NCBI GenBank assembly: GCA_039801885.1
Contig: JBDRVN010000042.1
Coordinates: forward strand, 1 to 15,376
From: a candidate division WOR-3 bacterium
GTDB lineage: Bacteria; Hydrothermota; Tepidihabitantia; Tepidihabitantales; DTDR01
DNA length: 15,376 nt
Direction of reading: 5' to 3'
Below the pieces are notes generated by a model that made no database searches, was not told where the DNA came from, and saw nothing but the letters and a program-made list of their open reading frames with translations. Position numbers and translations under genes: made by a program. This document shows positions 1-6,341 of the stretch, in pieces; position 1 is the stretch's first letter; every line of letters starts with the position of its first letter.

Positions 1-1350
1 AATTGGAAAGTTATTTATTTTATATTTTAAAGGAATTGATAAAGCCGGCAGACCGGCTAAAGATATTGGTACAGTTAATACATCCGAGAGATACATCATT
101 ATTGGGTCTACCAATCGCTCGCCTAATTTAAATGGCAGAGTTGGTGAGGTAGGTGCCAAAATTATATCAACTTTTTCAAAAGCCCGAGCAAAATCTTCGG
201 CTATTATTTTCCTCATCTTAACACCTATTCCATAATATTCTTCGTAATATCCCTTTGAAAGTCCGTAGGTTCCTAAAACAATCCTTCTTTTCACCTCTTT
301 GCCAAAACCTTCGCTTCTTACTTTTATATAAAATTCATCAATATCCTTTGCTATTAGATTTAATCCGTAGCGCACTCCATCGTATCTTGCTAAATTAGAA
401 GAGGCTTCGCAAGTAGCAACCAAATAATAAGCATAAATTCCGTATCTCATTGTTGGCAAAGAAAGTTCGCATATCTTTGCTCCATTTTTTTCTAATAATT
501 TTAAAAAATCCTCGTAAATTTTTGTTAAAGATATATCCATTTCCTTAAAAAAGAAATCCTTAGAAATACCAATCTTTACTTCTTTTAGATTACTTTTCAA
601 AGGTAAACAATCAGGAACCGGATATTTTGCTGATGTAGAGTCTAACTCATCATAACCGCTAATGGCTTCTAAAACAATCGCACAGTCTTCAACATATTTA
701 GAAATTACTCCAATCACATCTAAAGAAGAAGCAAAGGCAACTAAACCAAATCTCGATACTCGTCCATAAGTTGGCTTTAAACCACAAACACCACAAAAGC
801 CTGCTGGTTGTCTTACTGAACCGCCGGTATCCGAACCCAAGGCAACAGGGATGATATTTGCTCCAACTGCCGAAGCACTTCCGCCCGAAGAACCACCAGG
901 AACATATTCTCTATTTATTGGATTTAGACAAGGACCAAAATAAGAGAATTCATTGGAAGAACCCATCGCAAATTCATCCAAATTTGTCTTACCAATAATT
1001 ATTGCTTTCTTTTCTTCTAATCTTTTAACTGCGGTTGCCGAATAAGGAGAGATAAAATCTTTAAGAATTTTTGAACCACAAGTAAGTCTCTCTCCAGCAT
1101 AAGCAATATTATCCTTTATCGCGATGGGTATACCAAATAATGGATTAGGAATCTCTTTTAACTCATTAAATTTTCTATCACATTCTTCTGCCTTTTTTAT
1201 TGCCTTTTCGGAAAAGAGAGAAATAAAGGCATTTAATTCTTTATTCTCTTCAATCCTTTTAAATACCTCTTTTATAAGTTCTGAATAATTTAATTCTCTC
1301 CTTTTTATCAAATTTTGCATCTCCCTAATTTTTAATTTGAGAATATCCAT
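1..1350 (-). CDS. gatA: Asp-tRNA(Asn)/Glu-tRNA(Gln) amidotransferase subunit A; 3'-truncated by the window edge (450 codons visible)
   Basis: Not in the ORF track because its stop lies outside the window. Manual translation from ATG at 1350 gives MDILKLKIREMQ...PLFGIPIAIKDNI...GKTNLDEFAMGSS...PGGSSGGSASAVG...ALGSDTGGSVRQPAGFCG...KPTYGRVSRFGLVAFASSLD...SSNLARYDGVRYG...EVKRRIVLGTY. This is the amidase signature plus GatA-specific motifs. The start overlaps the gatC stop (TAATG). Confidence 0.97.
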   Translation of the reverse strand, partial: MDILKLKIREMQNLIKRRELNYSELIKEVFKRIEENKELNAFISLFSEKAIKKAEECDRKFNELKEIPNPLFGIPIAIKDNIAYAGERLTCGSKILKDFISPYSATAVKRLEEKKAIIIGKTNLDEFAMGSSNEFSYFGPCLNPINREYVPGGSSGGSASAVGANIIPVALGSDTGGSVRQPAGFCGVCGLKPTYGRVSRFGLVAFASSLDVIGVISKYVEDCAIVLEAISGYDELDSTSAKYPVPDCLPLKSNLKEVKIGISKDFFFKEMDISLTKIYEDFLKLLEKNGAKICELSLPTMRYGIYAYYLVATCEASSNLARYDGVRYGLNLIAKDIDEFYIKVRSEGFGKEVKRRIVLGTYGLSKGYYEEYYGIGVKMRKIIAEDFARAFEKVDIILAPTSPTLPFKLGERLVDPIMMYLSDVLTVPISLAGLPALSIPLKYKINNFPI

Positions 1351-1625
1351 TACAAAATCTTCTTTATTCGGAAATAATTTCCTTTAAAATTTGGTAATTC
1401 TTTTAAAAAATTTTTATTACCTAATTTTATAATATCCTCTCTTAAGGGACATTTCCATTCTAAATCTTCCTTTTTAGATATTTCTTTTCTTTCATTCTTA
1501 TATATTTTTTTTAACTCTTGGAAATAGTTAACAATTTTTTCGCACTCCTTAACAAAATTTTCTAACTCTTCTTTTGGAAAACTTAATTTTGCTAAATGGA
1601 TAACTTTTTTTATTATCTCTTCCAT
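1350..1625 (-). CDS. gatC: Asp-tRNA(Asn)/Glu-tRNA(Gln) amidotransferase subunit C (divergent)
   Basis: 91 aa with N-terminal IKKVIHLAKL helix, PLRED motif and C-terminal GNYFRIKKIL (cf. GYFKVPKIL). Lies directly upstream of gatA with a TAATG overlap. Confidence 0.9.
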   Translation of the reverse strand: MEEIIKKVIHLAKLSFPKEELENFVKECEKIVNYFQELKKIYKNERKEISKKEDLEWKCPLREDIIKLGNKNFLKELPNFKGNYFRIKKIL

Positions 1626-2296
1626 TAAATTAATTTTGTCTTATTAATATAAAGTTCAAATTCGCAACCTAAAAATAAAGAAGCTCTCCTTGCCATTATC
1701 ATTCTATTTAAAAAGATTTCAAAATATTCCATTACCGGCGCAATCTTGATATCAATCTCTAAATCAAATATAATCTTTCTCTTTTTATTATCAACAGTTA
1801 ACATTGATTTAGTAACCGCATAATTTACTCGGTCGTGAATATCAAACTTTACTAATTCCGGATTTCTTACCCTTGACCGATGGACATCAGATTTATCGGC
1901 AATAATTAACGAGGCTGAGATTTCGGAAATCGGTGTTCCGTCTTCTTCGTGATGATTGCCCAATGCCGAAACCACTTCTAAAATCTCATAGTAAGGCATC
2001 TTCATTCTTTTTAATATCTGATAGGCAAGGATTGCGGACATATGTTCATGTTTATCCCGATTAACCACATTGCCAATATCATGTAAGAAACCGGTAATTG
2101 CTGCCAGTTCGGCTTTTCTTTCATTATATTCTAACTTTTTTAAAATATAATAACATCTTTCTGCAACCAGCCGCGAATGTCTCAATCCGTGCTCGGTATA
2201 ACCAATCATTTCTAATTGTTTATCAGCCGCTTTAATTAAAGCGATAACTTCTTTATCTTTAGATAAAACCTCTAAATTAACTTTTCTATTCTTCAT
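1625..2296 (-). CDS. HD-domain metal-dependent phosphohydrolase
   Basis: GYTEHGLRH (H36, H40), FLHDIGN (H72-D73), GNHHE and IADKSD motifs give the complete HD metal-ligand set. TAATG-coupled to both aspS and gatC. Confidence 0.9.
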   Translation of the reverse strand: MKNRKVNLEVLSKDKEVIALIKAADKQLEMIGYTEHGLRHSRLVAERCYYILKKLEYNERKAELAAITGFLHDIGNVVNRDKHEHMSAILAYQILKRMKMPYYEILEVVSALGNHHEEDGTPISEISASLIIADKSDVHRSRVRNPELVKFDIHDRVNYAVTKSMLTVDNKKRKIIFDLEIDIKIAPVMEYFEIFLNRMIMARRASLFLGCEFELYINKTKLI

Positions 2297-3591
2297 TAGG
2301 GTGCCAAACGATACCGGTCGCGAGGAAACAAACTTGCTTCTCTAATATTTTTCAAATTTAATATTTGACAGGTAAGTCTTTCCGCACCGATTGCCAAACC
2401 ACCGTGCGGTGGCATTCCGTATTTAAAAATCTCTAAATAAAATTGAAAGCTTTCTGGATTGTAACCAAAATGTTTAATACTCTCAAAAAGCATATCATAA
2501 TCGTGAATTCTTTGGCTACCGGTGGTGACTTCCATCCCTTTATAAAGTAAATCAAAACCCCGAGAATAAGTAGGATTCTTATCCGGCATAGTATAAAAAG
2601 GTCGAATGCTTCTGGGAAATTTAGTAACGAAAATAAAACTTGTTCCATATTTATTTAAAGAATACTCACACAAAATTCTTTCCTCTTCCGGTGTTAAATC
2701 GTCGCCTAAAAATTCTTTATTATACTCTTTTTTCAATATCTCCTTTGCTTCATAAAAGGGAATCCTTGGTATTTCTTTTATTTCTTCTAATTCACTATTA
2801 TATTCCTTTAAAATTTCTTTATACTCTTTTTTTAAATATTTAAAAAGATATTTCAAAAATTTAACTTCCAAATCCATCACATCATCTTCATCTTCAATAA
2901 ATCCCATTTCCCAATCCAAAGAAAGATATTCATTTAAATGGCGCGAGGTCTCGTGGTCTTCTGCCCGATAGACAAAACCAACTTCGTAGACCCTTTCAAA
3001 GCCAGCACCAACAAGCATCTGTTTATAAAACTGGGGACTTTGGGCAAGATAAGCAACTTGATCAAAATATTCGACCTTAAAAAGTTGACTACCCCCTTCG
3101 GTTCCGGAAGAAACTATCTTCGGAGTGTGGACTTCTAAAAAATCATTTTTCTCCAAAAATTCCCGATAAACTTTAACAATCCCTGCCTGAATTCTAAAAA
3201 TATTACCAATCTTAATATTTCTTAAACTCAATGGTCGGTAATCTAAAATCATATCTAACTTTAAATTTAAAAGGGATAAATCCCGATAATATTCAAAAGG
3301 TAAATTTGATTTTGGCAGATTTAAAATCTCAACCTTTTCAATCAAAATCTCCATTCCTTTTGGTGCCTGTGCCTCTTCTTTTACCTTACCAAAAATCTTA
3401 ACAACCGAAGCCTTTTCTAATTTATCTAAATTCTCAATCTCCTTATCACAAACTCCTTGAATCTGACCACTTCTATCCCTAATAATAAAAAACTTCAACT
3501 TACCAAGTTTTCTTATTCCTTCAATCCAGCCATAAATCAAAACCTCTTTATTTAAATATCTACCTAAATCCCTTATTAAAACCCGCTTCAT
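2296..3591 (-). CDS. aspS: Aspartate--tRNA(Asp/Asn) ligase, short archaeal/eukaryal-type, probably non-discriminating
   Basis: 431 aa with OB-fold anticodon domain (FFIIRDRSGQIQ), TEGG, Asp-specific LAQSPQFYKQ, motif 2 YRAEDHETSRHLNEY, GSQRIH and motif 3 GMPPHGGLAIGAER. No bacterial GAD insertion. Pro77 in the anticodon-domain loop (QAPKGME). Operonic with gatCA. Confidence 0.93.
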   Translation of the reverse strand: MKRVLIRDLGRYLNKEVLIYGWIEGIRKLGKLKFFIIRDRSGQIQGVCDKEIENLDKLEKASVVKIFGKVKEEAQAPKGMEILIEKVEILNLPKSNLPFEYYRDLSLLNLKLDMILDYRPLSLRNIKIGNIFRIQAGIVKVYREFLEKNDFLEVHTPKIVSSGTEGGSQLFKVEYFDQVAYLAQSPQFYKQMLVGAGFERVYEVGFVYRAEDHETSRHLNEYLSLDWEMGFIEDEDDVMDLEVKFLKYLFKYLKKEYKEILKEYNSELEEIKEIPRIPFYEAKEILKKEYNKEFLGDDLTPEEERILCEYSLNKYGTSFIFVTKFPRSIRPFYTMPDKNPTYSRGFDLLYKGMEVTTGSQRIHDYDMLFESIKHFGYNPESFQFYLEIFKYGMPPHGGLAIGAERLTCQILNLKNIREASLFPRDRYRLAP

Positions 3592-3598
3592 ACTCTTT

Positions 3599-3626
3599 AT
3601 TTTAATTAAAAAAATAATATTGTCAA
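3599..3626 (-). promoter_or_regulatory. Putative sigma70-type promoter for aspS-HD-gatC-gatA (leaderless)
   Basis: Minus strand: TTGACA (3626-3621), 16-bp spacer, TAAAAT (3604-3599), then 7 nt to the aspS ATG at 3591. No Shine-Dalgarno. Confidence 0.7.
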
Positions 3627-3631
3627 AATAG

Positions 3632-3649
3632 AAGAAGATTTATCTTCTT
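3632..3649. promoter_or_regulatory. 18-bp inverted repeat, candidate transcription-factor operator
   Basis: AAGAAGAT-TT-ATCTTCTT with perfect 8-bp arms, between the two divergent -35 boxes and overlapping the rightward -35 by 2 bp. Confidence 0.5.
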
Positions 3650-3675
3650 GAATTATTCTAAAGATTTATTATAAT
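3648..3675 (+). promoter_or_regulatory. Putative sigma70-type promoter for the four-gene membrane operon (leaderless)
   Basis: TTGAAT (3648-3653), 16-bp spacer, TATAAT (3670-3675), then 7 nt to the ATG at 3683. No Shine-Dalgarno. Confidence 0.68.
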
Positions 3676-3682
3676 TTATTCA

Positions 3683-4828
3683 ATGTATTTTTTTCTTTTT
3701 ATCTTTCTTTTCCAATATAATTATTTTGAATATATAAAAGTCTATGATACACCTTCGGATGAGGGTGGCAGTATTAGTTTAGAATGGCAGATAAAAGAAG
3801 AATTTATTTCCGAAGAAAACCCAATAAAATTTTTTGAGATTTATCGGAATGAGAAGAAAGATACTCTTTTAGAAAATGTTGGTTTTGTTTTATCTCAATA
3901 TAATTATTATGAAGATAAAGGCTTAAAAGATAATAAAGATTATTATTATCAAATTTGGGCAATAAGAGAGAAAGATACATTAAAATCAGAAGTTATTGGT
4001 CCGGTTATCTCTCGTCCCCAATGGTTTAACAAAAATCGTTTTAATGTCTTAATTATTACTATTATTTTATTCATTGTCTTTTTATATTATATTGAAAAGG
4101 CAAGAAAAGGTGAGAGGTTATTTGTTAGAAAGATAAGTGGTCTTGATGCGATTGATGATGCGGTGGGTCGGGCAACGGAAATGGGCAGGCCAATTCTATT
4201 TTCTTTTGGTCTTGGTTTTATTACTGATGTGGTAACAATTGCCGCCTTATCTATTTTATCAAAGATTGCCCGAAAGGCTGCCGAATATGGCACAAGATTA
4301 CTTATTCCTAATTATGACCCAATTGTGATGACTGCTGCCCAAGAGACAGTGAAAGAAGCCTATTTAGAAAGTGGCAGACCGGATTTATATAAAGAAGGTG
4401 ATATTACCTATTTGACTTCTGACCAGTTTGGTTATGCGGCGGGGTGTGATGGAATAATTATGCGAGAAAAGCCTGGTGCGATATTCTGGCAAGGATATTT
4501 CTTTGCCGAATCTTTAATCTTGGCGGAAACCGGCCACGCAGTTGGTGCTATCCAAATTGCCGGCACAACGGCGATAACCCAATTGCCCTTCTTCATTGCT
4601 GCCTGTGATTATACTCTAATTGGCGAAGAGATGTTTGCTGCCTCTTGCTATTTAAAACCCGAACCGCAAATGCTTGGCTCTTTAAAAGGTGAAGATTTTT
4701 TAAAGGCAGTTATCCTAATTATCTTTATCATTTCTGTTATCATTGCCACATTCTCAATCATCTTCAAAAATTTCTCTTTCTTAAATAATTTATACGAATT
4801 TATAAAAAATATTTTTACGATAAAATGA
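3683..4828 (+). CDS. Membrane protein with N-terminal fibronectin type III-like domain and C-terminal DUF6754-like domain
   Basis: Hydrophobic N-terminus and FN3-like beta-sandwich pattern (DTPSDEGGSISLEW...FEIYR...YEDKGLKDNKDYYYQIWA). Then a TM helix (VLIITIILFIVFLYY), an alpha/beta domain (RKISGLDAIDDAVGRATEMGRP...ESLILAETG...QIAGTT...ACDYTLIGEEMFAA) and a C-terminal TM. The DUF6754 assignment is from recognition of these motifs and needs HMM confirmation. Confidence 0.8.
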   Translation: MYFFLFIFLFQYNYFEYIKVYDTPSDEGGSISLEWQIKEEFISEENPIKFFEIYRNEKKDTLLENVGFVLSQYNYYEDKGLKDNKDYYYQIWAIREKDTLKSEVIGPVISRPQWFNKNRFNVLIITIILFIVFLYYIEKARKGERLFVRKISGLDAIDDAVGRATEMGRPILFSFGLGFITDVVTIAALSILSKIARKAAEYGTRLLIPNYDPIVMTAAQETVKEAYLESGRPDLYKEGDITYLTSDQFGYAAGCDGIIMREKPGAIFWQGYFFAESLILAETGHAVGAIQIAGTTAITQLPFFIAACDYTLIGEEMFAASCYLKPEPQMLGSLKGEDFLKAVILIIFIISVIIATFSIIFKNFSFLNNLYEFIKNIFTIK

Positions 4829-5523
4829 TTAGAAGTCAATTACCATTAATTATAACTTTCTTTACCGGAATGTTATTAATTATCACTTTTTTTATTCCCC
4901 ATAAGCCTTTTGGTGATTTAGAACAGAGGTTTTTAATCTGGTATTCAATTATTTCTGGTTTTACGGTCTTACTGGGCTTAGATAGTCTTGTGCGATACCA
5001 TTTGACAAAATTGAAAAGAGAATTTAATATCCATAGTCTTATTTTACTTTTTTCATTATTTTTAACTTTAATCTTAGGGTTCTATTCCTGGTTTAAATTT
5101 AAAACACCTTTTGCCTTAAATTCACCTTTTATGTATCTTTATACCTATGTGATTATACCATTACAAGCAACAATGTTTGCTTTGCTTGCCTTTTTTATTG
5201 CTTCGGCTGCCTATCGGGCATTTCGGGCAAGAACCTTTGAGGCAACTTTATTATTAATTGCGGCAACCATTGTTATGCTTGGTCGGGTACCGATCGGTTC
5301 TTATATCTGGAAAGGGATTGCCTATCTTATCTCATCTATCTTCCCAAAAATCCCTTACGAAGAACTTGCTAAAAAAGAAATCTTTGCGTTGATAAGTGAT
5401 TGGATAATGAATGTTCCTCAGAATGCCGCAAAAAGAGGAATCTTTATTGGCACCGCTCTCGGTGGTATTGCGATGTCAATAAGAATTATTTTAGGTATTG
5501 AAAGAACTTATATAACCAAATGA
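4825..5523 (+). CDS. Uncharacterised polytopic membrane protein (about 6 TM)
   Basis: 232 aa with multiple hydrophobic segments and conserved-looking motifs FALLAFFIASAAYRAFRAR and AAKRGIFIGTALG...RIILGIER. ATGA overlaps with both neighbours. Confidence 0.85.
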   Translation: MIRSQLPLIITFFTGMLLIITFFIPHKPFGDLEQRFLIWYSIISGFTVLLGLDSLVRYHLTKLKREFNIHSLILLFSLFLTLILGFYSWFKFKTPFALNSPFMYLYTYVIIPLQATMFALLAFFIASAAYRAFRARTFEATLLLIAATIVMLGRVPIGSYIWKGIAYLISSIFPKIPYEELAKKEIFALISDWIMNVPQNAAKRGIFIGTALGGIAMSIRIILGIERTYITK

Positions 5524-6341
5524 AAGATATTTGGACAAAATTAGCAACTATTGACCGAAGAATAATTTACCTTTTAGTATTTTTGGTTGTCTCTTTGCCA
5601 ATGATATTCAGAATGATTATGCCCATTCGGGTTTCTTCTGAAGTGAAAATGGCTTTTTCGGAGATTGATAATTTAAAACCTGGTTCAATTGTAATGATTT
5701 CTATTGATTATGACGCTGCCTCCGAGCCGGAATTACAACCAATGCTGATTGGGATTTTAAGACATTGCTTTTCCAAAGATATCAAAGTAATCTTATTAGG
5801 TCAATGGGCACTTGGACTTCCTTTAGGTGAGATTGCTTTAAATCAAGTTGCCAAGGAATATAATAAAAGATATGGTGAAGATTATGTGAACTTGGGTTAT
5901 CGACCCGGTTATACTGCCTTAATGGTTGGTATTGGAAAAGAGATAAGGGATTTCTTTCCTACGGATTATAAAGGAATTCCAATTGATTCTTTTCCTTTTA
6001 TGAGAAAAGTGAGAAATTATCAGCAGATTGATATCTTAGTTGGTTTAGAAGCCGGCGCAACTGGTGATGCTTGGGTTCAATTTGCTGGTGCCCGTTTTAA
6101 TCAAAAAATAATTTTAGGAACTACCGGTGTTGTCGCTCCGGATATGTTTCCTTATTTACAGGCAAAACAGATTGTTGGTTTAATTGGTGGTCTCCAAGGA
6201 GCAGCGGAATATGAGACATTAGTAAGGAAAGCGGGTAGTGCTATTTTGGGAATGCCTGCCCAATCTTTTGTCCATTTATTAATAATTATCTTTATTATTA
6301 TTGGTAATATTGGCTATTTTATTTTAAGAAAAAGGAAATGA
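5520..6341 (+). CDS. Uncharacterised membrane-anchored protein (TM - alpha/beta domain - TM), probable paralogue of the DUF6754-like domain
   Basis: 273 aa. N-terminal TM after IDRR, soluble domain with YGEDYVNLGY, ILGTTG and GLIGGLQGAAEYE, and a C-terminal TM followed by RKRK. ATGA-coupled on both sides. Confidence 0.85.
   Translation: MKDIWTKLATIDRRIIYLLVFLVVSLPMIFRMIMPIRVSSEVKMAFSEIDNLKPGSIVMISIDYDAASEPELQPMLIGILRHCFSKDIKVILLGQWALGLPLGEIALNQVAKEYNKRYGEDYVNLGYRPGYTALMVGIGKEIRDFFPTDYKGIPIDSFPFMRKVRNYQQIDILVGLEAGATGDAWVQFAGARFNQKIILGTTGVVAPDMFPYLQAKQIVGLIGGLQGAAEYETLVRKAGSAILGMPAQSFVHLLIIIFIIIGNIGYFILRKRK

Noticed and set aside
1-1349. Apparent 1.35-kb non-coding gap or pseudogene in the ORF track
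   Set aside because: It is the gatA reading frame, whose stop lies beyond the window edge.
2433-3138. Short ORFs 2433-2648 (-), 2640-2843 (+) and 2938-3138 (+)
   Set aside because: They lie entirely within aspS in alternative or antisense frames and have no motifs; shadow ORFs.
2296-3591. Asparagine--tRNA ligase (asnS) as an alternative call
   Set aside because: QSPQFYKQ and GSQRIH are AspRS-type (AsnRS has SGQL and GSERE/GSQRE-like motifs), and linkage to gatCA fits a non-discriminating AspRS.
3592-3682. T-box riboswitch or other leader RNA upstream of aspS; palindrome as a terminator
   Set aside because: Only 91 bp, filled by two promoters; no T-box motif; the palindrome has a 2-nt loop and no U-tract.
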